A program made the position numbers and the translations under genes. A stretch of DNA of 64,000 bases from an uncultured delta proteobacterium (GTDB taxonomy: Bacteria; Desulfobacterota; Binatia; Bin18). Below are positions 21,841-33,572 of this stretch, piece by piece (the first letter of the stretch is position 1; every line of letters starts with the position of its first letter). The notes under the pieces were generated by a model. That model saw only the letters and a program-made list of their open reading frames with translations, ran no database searches and was not told the origin of the DNA. The stretch is from the NCBI GenBank assembly GCA_963733195.1, contig CAVTCR010000001.1, positions 1 through 64,000 of the forward strand, given 5' to 3'.

Positions 21841-24800
21841 ATGATGCCCTCAGCCTCTGATGCCGTTCTCGCGTTTGGGCCGTTTCGCGTGGTTGCCGAC
21901 CAAGCGCGAACTCTGGAAAGACGAAAAACTCCTCAAGCTCCGGGCGCTGCCCGTGGCCGTGCTCGCCTACTTGGTCCAGCATCCGGGGCGAGTGATCCCG
22001 ATCGAAGAAATCCGCACAGCCATCTGGGGTGACACGCGGGTCGGCCGTGGCGCGATCCGTGTATGCGTGCGGGAGATTCGCCAAGCGTTAGGGGATGAGG
22101 CGGCCTCTCCTCAGTATATCGAGACCGTCGGACGCCAGGGGTATCGCTTCCTGGGTGCTCGCCCTGCAGGAGTCACAGCTCGTGCTCCGTCGGCGCCGTT
22201 CCGCAAGAAGGGGCGGCACTGGCGCGCGTGGCTCCGTCTGACACTGTTCGTTGGACGACAGCGGGAGTTGGCGCAATTGCAGCAGTGGGTTACGCAGGCG
22301 CAGCAGGGGCAGCGGCAAGTGGTCTTGGTGAGCGGCGAGCCCGGCATCGGCAAAACGACCGTCGTAGAAGCATTCCTGCAACGTCTAGCGTCTGGCGTCC
22401 ACAGTCTGGAGCCAGAGGCCCCAAGCCGCTTCTCTCGAAAGTTCGGACCCCAGACCCTCAACACCAGCCCCTCGACACTCAGGTGTGGATCGGACACGGG
22501 CAGTGTGTCGAGGCGTATGGGCCCGGAGAGGCGTACCTGCCCATCTTAGAAGCCGTAGGGCGCCTAGGCCGGAAACTGGGGAGAGGACAGCTCACGGCGG
22601 TGTTGCACCGGCACGCGCCGACGTGGTTGGCGCAGCTCCCCGCGCTGGTGGACCCTGACGCGCGCGAAGAACTCCACCGACAAGTGGCAGGAGCGACGCA
22701 GGAACGCATGCTACGGGAGTTGTGTGATGTCCTGGAGGTGCTGACGACAGAGCAGCCGTTCATCCTGGTGCTCGAAGACCTGCAATGGAGTGATACGGCA
22801 ACGCTGGCGTGGTTAGCGGCCGTGGCGCGGCGGCCGGATCCGGCGCGGCTATTAGTCATCGGCACCTACCGGCCCATGGACGTAATCAAGCAGACCCACC
22901 CCTTACGCGGCCTGGTGCAAGAGTTGCGGGCACACCAGCTCTGCCGGGAGGTGCGCCTGGAGCTGTTGAGTGCCGACGAAGTCCGGGAGTATATCCGTCA
23001 ACGGTTCGCCAGCAGTGCGATAGCAGATGAGCTGGGGCTTCGCCTGCATAAGCGGACGGACGGCAATCCGCTGTTTCTGGTTGCCAGCCTGGATTCCCTG
23101 ATCCAGCAGGGAGCGGTGGGCCAAACCGGGGAGCGCTGGGTAGTGCACAGTGACCTCGCCGCTCTCGCCGAGACGTTGCCCGAGGATTTGCAGTACCTGA
23201 TCACCAAACAGCTGGAGATCCTGGACACAGAAGACCAGCAGTTGCTCGAGGTGGCGAGTGTGAGTGGAGTGACCTTCTCGACGGCCGAAGTGGCAGCGGG
23301 ATGTAACCAGGAGCTCGGCACCATTGAGACCCGGTGCGAGCAGTTAGCCCGACGCGGACAGTTCCTCGCGGAGGAGGGGCTGGCCGAGTGGCCCGAGGGC
23401 ATCCTAACGACGCGGTATCAGATTTCGCCATGCGCTCTATCAGCAGGGGGTCTATGCGCGGCTCGGCGGTGGGCAGAAAGTGCGGCTGCACCGGCTCATC
23501 GGTGAGCGCAAAGAGGCAGGGTATGGGGAGCGGGTGGGAGAGATCGCCGGCGAGTTGGCGCTCCATTTTGAGCGGGGGCGGGACTATCCACGGGCGGTGC
23601 GGTATCGGCAGAGCGCCGCGGAGCAAGCGTTACGCCGCAGTGCGTATCATGAGGCGGTCGTTCACTGTCGGCAGGGGCTCGAGCTGCTCGCGGCGTTACC
23701 CGACACCTCGGAACGTGTCCGCCAAGAACTCACTCTCGTGATGACGTTGGGACCAGTCCTGATGGCCACCCAAGGGTGGGCGGCAGCGGAAGTCACCCAG
23801 CATTACACCCGCGCCCGTGCGCTCTGTGAACAACTGGGCAACACTCCGCAGCTCGTTGCGGTGCTGTGGAATCTCTGGGCGTTTCACCTAGTCCGGAGCG
23901 AGCTGCGCACGGCGCAAGGCGCTGGCTGAGGAATGCTTGCAGATCGCTGAGCAGACGTCTGAAGGCCGGCTTGCTCATCGAAGCGTACCATGCGGTAGGG
24001 AGTTGCTCGATGTGGCGGGGAGAATTTGCCCGTGCCCGGATAGAGATGGAGCAGGGAATCGCGCGCTACCAGCCGCAACAGCATCATGCGCTGGCTGCCG
24101 TCTACGGCGGCTTTGACCCCGGGATGGGCTGTCCAGCTGTGCGGCTGAGGTGCTCTGGCTTCCTGGGGTATCCTGACCAGGCCTTGACACGGAGCCAGGA
24201 GGCACTGCGATTAGCACACGAGCTTGGTCATCCCTTCAGCCTTGTGTATGCCTTATCTTTTGCCACGTGGCTTCATCTGTATCGCGGGGAAGGAAGGATT
24301 GCTCAGGAGCGAGCCGAAGCGCTGATCGCCTTGGCCAGCGAGCACGGGTTTGCCTTATACGGGGCACAGGGGACGATCCAACGAGGGGAGACGCTGATCG
24401 CGCAAGGCCAATGGGAAGAGGGGGTAGCACAGACACAGCAAGGCCTGGGAGGCGCTGGTCGGGAGACCTCATGCGGCCGCACCATTTGGCTATGCTGGCT
24501 GAGGGATATGGGGGCGCAGGACAGGTGGAAAAGGGGCTGGCGACGGTCGCGGAGGCGTTGGCGGCTGGTGGACAAGAATTGACGAGCGCCTCTACGAGGC
24601 GGAGGTGTATCGGATAAAGGGGGAACTCCTGCTGGCGCAGGAAGGCTTAGGGCTTAAGGCTAAAGGCTTATCAAGGGGAATAAAGAGTAGAAGGAAGCGG
24701 AAGAGTGCTTTTTACAGGCGATTATCATTGCGCAAAAGCAACAAGCCAAATCCCTCGAACTGCGCGCGGTAATGGGCCTAGTCCGCCCTGCGACAACGAC

Positions 24801-24958
24801 AAGCGGCTCTATCCGAATCACGCAACACGGATCACGGATTACGCACTAAACTCAACGAAGCTCACCAGATGTTATCCGAGATCTACAATTGGTTCACCGA
24901 AGGGTTTGACACCAAAGATTTGCAAGAGGCGAAAGCATTGTTGGAGGAGTTAGCCTGA
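21841..24958 (+). CDS. Winged-helix-STAND ATPase-TPR regulator (frameshifts)
   Basis: AFGPFRV..VLAYLVQHPGRVI..YIETVGRQGYRF, GEPGIGKTT, LEDLQWSD, TPRs, and the same WFTEGFDTKDLQEAKALLEELA end as the cyclase array. Confidence 0.85.
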
Positions 24959-24999
24959 AGCAGACATTCACCCAGGGAACTAAGGTTCTCCTCTCCTTT

Positions 25000-26389
25000 T
25001 CACCTTTGCCCCAGGAGTCGGTCGCTGATCAAAACGAGTCCTTCAGCGGCTGAGTGTCGTACTTCTTCACGTTCTTCGGTAAGGAGATCCATCATCAATG
25101 GAATAGTTTTCACATCCCCGACTTTTCCGAGCGTCCACAGAGCTTGCGATTTGACGTAACGATCTCTCTCGCGACCGACAACTTCTACTACTGTATCGGT
25201 AAGGCTTCCATCCTCATTCTCGCCAACAACTTTAAGTGCGTGTGTACGAACCAATGGATCTTCGGACTGCAACCCTTTGACGATCAGAGGCTTTGCCGTT
25301 GCATAGTCCATCCGTCCGAACGCAATCGCAACGCCAAGTCGTATACGGTAATCGACGTCATCCAATGCCTGCTGGAGCAGTGATAACCCACTCGCGTCGC
25401 GAAAATGCGCCAAGGACGCCGCAGCAGTGGTACGTACAGTTACTGATGGGTCATCAAGCAAAGTTTTCTGGAGTAATGGCACAACCTTACCGTCGTCATT
25501 GAGTGCCCCGAGTAAACCAACTACAGAATCTCGTACCTGCTCTTGTTGATCTGCCGCTAACTTGGCGTTGAGATGCGTATATCCATCCGAGTCGCCAACT
25601 GCAGCAAGGGCATGAGCAAGCATGATACTGACCAATGGATCTTTTTCCGTCTTCAGGAACTTGCGTAAGAAAGGGATGACATTCGGGATGCGTGATTCAC
25701 CCAGGCCGCCAAGTCCTTGTGCCCGTAGCGATTCATCGCCATGAGCTATGGCATCGAGGTAACACAGCACGGCAGTTTTATCCCTCGTCCGTCGGAGCCC
25801 TGAGATCGCCAGTCGTTTGCTTTCGAGATCAGAATCATACAAGCGGCGAAGAATACACACCGCTCCTGGGGTCGCCAAGTCACCGAGTGCATCAGCAGCC
25901 GTACGGCGTAGCATTGGCTCGTCAGAGTGGATAGCTTCATCCAATACCCATAAGGCTCCTGGATCTCCGAATCGCCCGAGAATTGTTGCGATCACATTTC
26001 GTTCGTGCGGATCAGCGCTGCGCAACCCTGCCCGCAATGCTTGGATAGCCACTTGGCGTAGCGCAACGATCCCACGAGGCGTTGCTGGATCATACTGCTT
26101 ACGGTATGTTTCCACTGCCCCACGTAAGTCTCCGTTCTCCACTTGCATTGCTACAGGGGATACATCCTCGGGCTCGTCTGTCCTAGACGCCGCAGACCGT
26201 TCCTCACCTGTCTTCTGCTGACCGGCCGCAGGAGCTGGTATGTCATCCTTTCCCTGTTCTACCTCAGAAGTTGAAGCCGCATTGTTCCTGTTGCTGACGG
26301 CAAGCGGAAATCCACAAGGCGATCGTCAACACACACGCTACAGAAACAAGGGCGAAGTTTCTCTTGATCCGATCTTTTTTCTTGGGCAT
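25000..26389 (-). CDS. HEAT/PBS-lyase repeat lipoprotein (N-terminal frameshift)
   Basis: Repeated VR..AA.ALG motifs; upstream ATG at 26389 gives a signal peptide with lipobox ISAC. Confidence 0.75.
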
Positions 26390-26461
26390 GTCTGTTCCTC
26401 CACGCAATACGCATCGCGTGCTTCGTATTGCGTGTTACATATTCAGATTGCCTGTCCGATT

Positions 26462-27767
26462 TTATCGCCTCCCACTCACCATATTCCGTACCGAGTAAAA
26501 TTGCTTCGCTCGCCCGGACGTAAATTCCTTACGGACAACGTAGCAATGAGTATATGTTGCATGCGGTTTCTGCGCGTTGATCACATTATTGCCGACATGC
26601 AGAAAGACGTTCTCGCCCAAATTGCGCTCGTAATCTACTTTGATAAAAGGAGCTTGCATGGCCTCCTCTTTAGCATAGCTCTCGGAGTACTTGAGGAAGT
26701 CTTGCCCAAGACGCAGGAGCTGCCCTTTCTTGTCATAGGCAGTGAGCCATAGGTTCCAAAAGATCTCTGCATCAAAATAGATCAATTTGTTCCCATACGG
26801 GATGTGAGGCACTGCGAGGAATCAATTCCAAGACATGGACTTCGCGCACTTCCCAGCGCGTTTTATTCGGCACCCACAGATGTGGACCGCCAGCTTCCGG
26901 ATGCGTCTGCGACATTCACTGTCGCCAATACCAACTTCTTCCCGAGATAGGTCCACTTTTGCTCATGCACCTTGCCGCCAAACCCCATACCGTCTTCGCG
27001 GATAAAGTCCATTCCTTGGGTTTCACCGGTCCGTTCTGAGGATAGCACTCGCCGAGGTTTACGCTGGGTTGGTGAATAGATCCAACTGTCATTTTCTTTG
27101 TAGGGATCGGTATATTCAATCTGCAAGTTACGCGTCCCAGCGAGGTCACGCGGGCTGCGAAACTCCATGATCGACTTTGATTTGACGCCTTCATAGCCCT
27201 CCACTAAGCAGTGGTCGCCTTTGGCATACTCTGCGGTTGTGGAGACGAATTCGAACTCGCGATCAAGTTTGCCATGCTCACTTCGACCCCAGGCCACCAT
27301 CGGCATGAAGAAATCACCATGCCCAGGACGCCAGTAGCTGTTCCAATATACTTTGAGGGCAGCTAGTGGATCGTCAGCTTTAATCTCCGGGAACGGCCAC
27401 CCGGCGCCATTAAAACCGAACAGGGCACCATGCTCGTCGAGATAGTAACCAGACGTGACATTCTTCCCCCAGTCGGCTGGCGGCGGATATTTGCCAGTCG
27501 CAGCAATCTTCCATGTCCATATCGTCGAAGAAATAGTACTCCCAGGCTGGCTGTGGCAGGAAAGGCTTGATCCGCTCAATGTCTTTAATGGTGAGATGCT
27601 CGCCGGGTTTGAAGTCTGGTTTGGCATCGCGATACTTTCTCCAGCCATTCGCGTACGGCTTTGTAGCTGCGGTCAGATTCGGCAAAAACAGATGAGAGAT
27701 AAGGTCCAATAAGAAGCGTGAGCGTGAGACTCCACACTACCGACAACCACTGGAGACGAGAGCGCAT
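26462..27767 (-). CDS. DUF1329-family periplasmic protein (frameshifts)
   Basis: GWPFPEIKADDPLAALKVYWN, SPRDLAGT, DSWIYSPTQRKPRRV, WEVREVHV, AYDKKGQL. Confidence 0.75.
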
Positions 27768-27840
27768 GTTCCCTCCTTAATACGACGCTATCCTAGCACT
27801 CGTGCAAAATCGCGCTGAAACAACAAGGGCGGCCTGCAAT

Positions 27841-27964
27841 AATTGAGAATGAAGAGTGAAGAATTAAAAGAGGCCATAGGCTACAGCCTGTAGACTATAG
27901 GGGCAAGAAGGCTTCTATAGCCCCTTCCTCATTCTTCATTTTGCATTCTTCATTCTCCATTCTG
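27841..27964. repeat. Degenerate 7-nt tandem repeats arranged as an inverted pair
   Basis: AATTGAG AATGAAG AGTGAAG AATTAAA ... CATTCTT CATTTTG CATTCTT CATTCTC. Confidence 0.7.
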
Positions 27965-27969
27965 TTTGC

Positions 27970-28941
27970 TTATCCACCAAAATACGAACACGGATTATCG
28001 ACCGTCATAGTACGAATCGTGCCTTCACTCACGCCAGCTTTGCTCAGTTGAGGAAGGATGTTCCTCATAATATGTGAGTAGCTCCATTTCGGACTCTTCT
28101 TCATGAAGGCATCCCACTCCTTCGTCGTACGTCCTAGCCAGCAACCAACGAAGTCATGCGACAACATAATGCGATCATAGCCAACCGCAAGCAGACCGAT
28201 CAACGAGGCCATACGCATCTTATCGCTGGCGATGGTTTCGATACCAAAGCGGTCAAATCCAATCCAGGCGCCACGCTCTAAAATATCGAAGTAATAGCGC
28301 ATATCGCCGACACCACAGGCATGACCAATCAGAACACGATTAAAATCCACGCCTTCCTCAGCAAAAACATCAAGCGTCTCACGTCCGAACGGGCCAAGCT
28401 CATCATTATGGCAGAGAATCGGCGCGCCAGTGGCTTTCTGCGCACGAGCGGCAGCACGGAGACATTTCTCCTCGTGTACGCCTATCTTCTTAGCGGTTTC
28501 GGTCATGCCAGGAATACCACCAGTTGCGGTTTTGATGATACCAGCTTTAATGCCAGTCTTTCCGATCCCGTCCTTCAGTTCACGGACATAGACCTCAGCG
28601 ATGTCATCGGCTGGCAGTCCACGGAAATGCGGTGGAATACCCAGCGCTTCATTATACAGACCAGTGGCAATCACCACGCGCACACCGGACTTCTCGGCCA
28701 CTTCAGCAGTAAACTCCGGATCACGGCCGAGTTCCATCGGGCATGGATCAACCATTGAGGTGACGCCCAGTGACTTAACCTCTTTCAGACGATCAACCGC
28801 TTTGGCAACTTCGGCTTTGCGGTCGAATCCAGCGTTGTCCAATTCCCAGCCAGGGAATCCGGCAGTGATATGTTCGTGAATGAGCGTGAATCCGAGGTCC
28901 TTCGGCACACATGTTCCCGTCGCTGTGTTAATGGTCGGCAT
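27970..28941 (-). CDS. Phosphotriesterase-family amidohydrolase
   Basis: LGFTLIHEH, KAGIIK, IGHAC, MLSHD, DNP motifs. Confidence 0.92.
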   Translation of the reverse strand: MPTINTATGTCVPKDLGFTLIHEHITAGFPGWELDNAGFDRKAEVAKAVDRLKEVKSLGVTSMVDPCPMELGRDPEFTAEVAEKSGVRVVIATGLYNEALGIPPHFRGLPADDIAEVYVRELKDGIGKTGIKAGIIKTATGGIPGMTETAKKIGVHEEKCLRAAARAQKATGAPILCHNDELGPFGRETLDVFAEEGVDFNRVLIGHACGVGDMRYYFDILERGAWIGFDRFGIETIASDKMRMASLIGLLAVGYDRIMLSHDFVGCWLGRTTKEWDAFMKKSPKWSYSHIMRNILPQLSKAGVSEGTIRTMTVDNPCSYFGG

Positions 28942-28972
28942 GAAACCCTCCTGTGTTCAAAATAGGAATTGT

Positions 28973-29365
28973 CTACCTCAGATACTTCAAGAAGTACAGG
29001 TTGTTGCCATCAGGATCTTTGAGACCAACCAACCGAGCACCCCACTCTTGGTCTGCGGGTTCCCCATTGAAAGCAATGCCTTTGGCTTTAAGGTCTTTGT
29101 AGATAGCATCGACATCTTCGACCACAAAGCTGATATGGTCGATACCCGGCGGATTCTGCGCCAGCGAAGGCTCGCGCTTAACTGCTTGTGGATTTGCTTG
29201 TTTGGTTTGAAAGAGAAACAGCACCGCGCTGCCACAACTCAGTGAAGCGCCTTTGACATCGGCATCGTAGTCGTAACTTTTGGTGAATCCAAGCTTCTCG
29301 TAAAATGCCATCGAACGTGCAAGGTCAGTGACTGCAACTCCGATGTTGTCGATTCCTTTGAGCAT
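28973..29365 (-). CDS. VOC/glyoxalase family protein
   Basis: GVAVTDLARSMAFY, IDHISFVVED, WGAR..KDPDGN. Confidence 0.9.
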   Translation of the reverse strand: MLKGIDNIGVAVTDLARSMAFYEKLGFTKSYDYDADVKGASLSCGSAVLFLFQTKQANPQAVKREPSLAQNPPGIDHISFVVEDVDAIYKDLKAKGIAFNGEPADQEWGARLVGLKDPDGNNLYFLKYLR

Positions 29366-29441
29366 GATGAATCCTCACTTTCTCTCGCCTTTGTGTATTC
29401 GTCGTTCTTGCACAGGTAGGAATGAAAAAGTAGGAACCTTC

Positions 29442-30488
29442 CTAGCATATCATCTCCTTCCACACCCTATGCATCACCTTTAGTGCCTCATCAATGTCCT
29501 TCGACGTAATTCCATAATGCGTCACAGCGCGGAAACGTCCGCCGCCAATGTCTCCGACTTTGACACCTTCGCGAGCAAGAACTTGTGCGAATGATGGACC
29601 TTCGGGCAGTGGGTTCTGCGGTCCAAAAATCACCAGGTTCGTTTGTACAGTATCAAGATCGAGACGCATTCCTGGCAGATCAACCAAGCCTTCGGCTAAT
29701 TGGCGAGCCGTCTGATGATCTTCAGCCAAACGTTCGACCATCTCCGTCAGCGCAACAATACCTGCCGCCGCAATAATGCCCGCTTGGCGCATCCCACCAC
29801 CAACCATTTTGCGGAGGCGGCGGGCTCGGGCAATGAAATCTTTGCGTCCACACACCAGCGAGCCAACCGGAGCCGACAAACCTTTCGAGAGACAGAACTG
29901 TACTGAATCCACACTCTTAGTGAACTCGCGTACATCACATTGCAACGCGACAGCTGCGTTAAAGATGCGGGAGCCGTCGAGATGCACAGGCACTCCAGCA
30001 TTATCGGCGATCGCTTTCACCTCACGCAGGTACGCCGGGGAAGGATCGTTCCACCACAGCGGTTATGTGTACTCTCTACGCAGATCACACCCGGTGGCGC
30101 GTAATGGATGTCGCTCGCAGCTGGACGAACCGCGTGCCGCAGTTCCGTCAAGTGGAAGTTCACCGAACCGACCGGTAGAAACTGGATGCAGTACGATGCC
30201 GCCAAGGGCTGACGCCCCGCCAGCTTCATAATTGTAGATATGCGAGTTATCGCCTAGAATCGCTTCGTCACCGCGACGGCAATGGGCCAGGAGGGCGAGT
30301 AGATTCCCCATCGTTCCACTCACTCCGAGCAAGGCAGCCTCTGTGCCCATCATTTCTGCCGCTAATGCTTCTAGATGATTGACCGTCGGATCTTCACCCA
30401 TCACATCATCACCGAGTTCCGCACGATACATTGCTTCACGCATCGCTGGACTTGGTAACGTTACAGTATCGCTACGTAAATCGATCAT
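29442..30488 (-). CDS. ltaE: Low-specificity L-threonine aldolase (frameshifts)
   Basis: [48 protein letters not shown]. Confidence 0.9.
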
Positions 30489-30501
30489 ATATACCCCAGG
30501 G

Positions 30502-30629
30502 GAAGTTAAGAGTTAAAAGTTAAGAGTGAAGAATGGAAAACAGTTAAGAATTAAGTGAAAAATTGTAAGCATAAATTGCATTCTACATTTTTCATTTTAA
30601 CTCATAACTCTTAACTCATCACTCTTCAT
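30502..30629. repeat. Degenerate 7-nt tandem repeats arranged as an inverted pair
   Basis: AGTTAAG AGTTAAA AGTTAAG AGTGAAG ... TAACTCA TAACTCT TAACTCA TCACTCT. Confidence 0.7.
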
Positions 30630-31024
30630 TAGCTTCGCCCGCGCAGCCTCTCCGTCTCTCGTCGCTCTCGTTTCGTCGGACGGCCTAATCCCGGCGAACG
30701 TAGCGGCGGTGGAGCAACATAGAAAGGCTTTTCTCGTGGTGGCGGCGGAGGTGAATGGTCTTCATACAACAAGCGTGCTTCAGAGAAGGGTCCACGCTGT
30801 TCAGCAAGTGCCAGCACTTTCAGTTCCTTCGGTCCACTGGGATGCGTAAAAACGATTGCATCATTAACGCGGACGAGCTTGTGGGGCTTCGCTGGATGAC
30901 CGTTGACCTCAATCTTTCCTCCGTCACATGCTTCAGCCGCAAGCGATCGACTTTTGTAAAATCGTGCGGCCCATAACCAACGATCGAGACGAACCACTTC
31001 ATCAGGTTTCGTTTGTTCAGACAT
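30629..31024 (-). CDS. hslR: S4-domain ribosome-associated heat shock protein Hsp15
   Basis: RLDRWLWAARFYKSRSLA, RGPFSEARLLYE, GRPTKRERR. Confidence 0.9.
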   Translation of the reverse strand: MSEQTKPDEVVRLDRWLWAARFYKSRSLAAEACDGGKIEVNGHPAKPHKLVRVNDAIVFTHPSGPKELKVLALAEQRGPFSEARLLYEDHSPPPPPREKPFYVAPPPLRSPGLGRPTKRERRETERLRGRS

Positions 31025-31176
31025 GAATGATGCCTTCTCCTCCTTGACTCTAGCTTCAAATCATAAGCCTCATGGCACTGCAACACTTGAGGGTACCCAA
31101 CTTGCAAAAACACTCAAAAAACATTGATGTTCAGCGACGAGCGTGGTAGCGTCAGCCCGCAACCAAGGAGGACGCC

Positions 31177-32343
31177 ATGGACGCCAAAACTGGAGCCCGC
31201 GAACGTTTCAATACTGCACAGGACAATTTACTCGCCCTTAGCCATCGGATTCATGCTAATCCAGAATTGGGATTTGAAGAAGAAAAAGCCTCGGCCTGGC
31301 TTGCCGATACGCTGGCCGATGCCGGATTTACAGTCCAACGCGGGATTTGCGATCTTCCAACTGCTTTTGTTGCTCGTGCCGGCAGTGGGCCTCTCCACAT
31401 TGGCATCTGTGCCGAGTACGACAGTTTACCTAGCATCGGCCACGCCTGTGGTCACAATATCATTGCCGCGATGGCCGTCGGCGCCGCGATCGCCGCTGCT
31501 AAAGTCGCGGATGACGTTGGCCTCACTATCAGTGTTCTTGGTACGCCAGCAGAAGAGGCTGGGGACGGCGGCGGAAAGATACTCCTCCTCGAACGGGGCG
31601 GCTACAAAGGGATGCATGCCGCGATGATGGTCCACCCAGCCCCGTTCGACGTGGTTGATCCAGCCATCATCGCCTGTTCGATGTTCGAAGTTCGCTATAC
31701 CGGCAAGGAAGCGCACGCATCGGCATTTCCTGATCGTGGCATCAACGCCGCCGATGCACTGACCGTGGCACAGACTGCGATCGGGTTACTGCGCCAACAC
31801 ATTAAACAGACTGATCGCATTCACGGCATCATCACCAAAGGCGGAGATGCACCGAACGTCATCCCTGCCCACACCGCAGCAAAGTACATCGTCCGTGCCA
31901 AGACACTCGCCGAGTTAGGCGACATTAAAGAGAAGGTCTTGCGGTGCTTTGAAGCAGGCGCACTTGCCACCGGTGCAAAGCTCGAAATTCTTGGTGGCCA
32001 GAAACCATACGCTGAACATATCTCTGACCTTGAAATGGCAGCCATGTATCAACGCAATGCCGAAGCGTTGGGACGCACAATCCGAGATCTCGGCCCGACC
32101 CGAGACCGGGCCGCTGGTTCGACCGATATGGGCAACGTCTCATTGGCGATGCCATCGATTCATCCATTCATTGGGATTGATTCACTCCCAGCGGTTAACC
32201 ATCAACCCGAATTCACAGCCCATTGTGCGACTCCGGCTGCCGACAAAGCCGTACTCGACGGTGGGCTCGCCATGGCATGGACAGCAATCGACATGGCGAC
32301 AGATACGAAAGTGCGTGAGCGGCTGTTACAAAGACAAGTGTAA
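31177..32343 (+). CDS. M20 family amidohydrolase (ACY1L2-like)
   Basis: HANPELGFEE, EYDSLP..GHACGHN, GTPAEE, GSTDMGNVS. Confidence 0.92.
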   Translation: MDAKTGARERFNTAQDNLLALSHRIHANPELGFEEEKASAWLADTLADAGFTVQRGICDLPTAFVARAGSGPLHIGICAEYDSLPSIGHACGHNIIAAMAVGAAIAAAKVADDVGLTISVLGTPAEEAGDGGGKILLLERGGYKGMHAAMMVHPAPFDVVDPAIIACSMFEVRYTGKEAHASAFPDRGINAADALTVAQTAIGLLRQHIKQTDRIHGIITKGGDAPNVIPAHTAAKYIVRAKTLAELGDIKEKVLRCFEAGALATGAKLEILGGQKPYAEHISDLEMAAMYQRNAEALGRTIRDLGPTRDRAAGSTDMGNVSLAMPSIHPFIGIDSLPAVNHQPEFTAHCATPAADKAVLDGGLAMAWTAIDMATDTKVRERLLQRQV

Positions 32344-32489
32344 CGACTCTTTCGATTTCTCTATAAATACCTCCCCCACCTCTCCTCAAAGGAGAGAGAA
32401 GGACACAGACGAGACATTGTCGCCTCCAAAATTCGAGCCCAACAGTACTGAGATTACGCAGCTTGCTATTAACAATTTGAGAACACGAC

Positions 32490-32618
32490 CAACTGGAGTC
32501 CGGGCATCTTACCGCGGGGAACGCGACAGATGGACACGATAAACAGATTGTGATTGCTGCCGGTGAAGGAGCCGTCGCAGCGCTGGTAGCCTTTGAGTAC
32601 CTGGTGAAGCAAGTGTAG
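32490..32618 (+). pseudogene. C-terminal remnant of a thioredoxin reductase-like gene
   Basis: Reads PGI..AGNATDGHDKQIVIAAGEGAVAALVAFEYLVKQV-stop with no upstream gene body. Confidence 0.65.
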
Positions 32619-32686
32619 GACAGCACCCCCAGACGCTTGAGGTGTCTGGATGTGTAGGCACCCTTTGGAATTGTTGCGACGAACTC

Positions 32687-33157
32687 CTAAAGGCTTTTCG
32701 TCAGCAGCAAATGATACGCACGAAAACCATCATTGGTGTAGAGTTTCAGCGCACCAGTATTGTTGGCAAGGACTTCTAGCTGTATCTTCGTTGCGCCTAA
32801 CGAGCGGGCATACGCTTCAGCATGCTCAAGCAACGCCTGCCCTACCCTTTGTCGTCGATACGCTGGAAGTACGACTAAATCTGAGATGAAAGCATACTCC
32901 CCAGGCTCTTCGTCCAGTTCCTCAGACGGAACTTTTCCCCACACACAGACAAAACCAACAACTTGATGCTTCACCTCAGCCACAAACACCTTGCCGGAGG
33001 TCTCCGCGCAACGCGCCCACATGAAGTCAAAGTATTTCTTCGCGGCTTTGCCCTCCAACACGTTCGGTTCGAGTCTATGCAAGAAATCTTGCAACTCGAC
33101 AAAACAAGCTTCGACCTGCTGTGCATCCTCAGGCTGATACTCACGAATTACGGACAT
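32687..33157 (-). CDS. GNAT acetyltransferase
   Basis: ISDLVVLPAYRRQRVGQALL, LEVLANNTGALKLY..GF. Confidence 0.9.
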   Translation of the reverse strand: MSVIREYQPEDAQQVEACFVELQDFLHRLEPNVLEGKAAKKYFDFMWARCAETSGKVFVAEVKHQVVGFVCVWGKVPSEELDEEPGEYAFISDLVVLPAYRRQRVGQALLEHAEAYARSLGATKIQLEVLANNTGALKLYTNDGFRAYHLLLTKSL

Positions 33158-33268
33158 GGTTCTTCTCCTTGGGAAACTGAGATGTTACCGCGTGTACAAA
33201 GATCGTGAGATGTTCTTTACTTACGAGCAACTCGCGTGGACGTGCGTCATTGATCATTCAGCCCCCAG

Positions 33269-33572
33269 TCATACGGAGTGATGCGAGTAGCGCAGAAAAC
33301 CTTGTTTATCGATGAGGTAGATGGTCGGCCACGCCTGATTACCGTAGCGTGTCCAGATCGCAAAGTCATTGTCCGTCACCACTGCGTAGACAATCTGCTG
33401 GTCACGAACATAGCGTTCAAGGTTTTGGCTGGCGCGTTCCACCTCAGTTTCTGGTGTGTGCACGCCTATTATCACTAACCCTTGATCGGCGTACTTCTTG
33501 TGCCAGGTCTTCACGTAGGGCTCGACGTTGCAACAGTTGTAACACCCGAAGGTCCAGAACTCGACCAGTACC
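33269..33572 (-). pseudogene. TlpA/DipZ-like thioredoxin fragment
   Basis: VLVEFWTFGCYNCCNV..GLVIIGVHTPE..NQAWPTIYLIDKQG; lacks its N-terminus. Confidence 0.7.

Noticed and set aside
27841-30629. CRISPR array
   Set aside because: Only 7-nt degenerate units; no 25-40 nt repeats with unique spacers and no cas genes.
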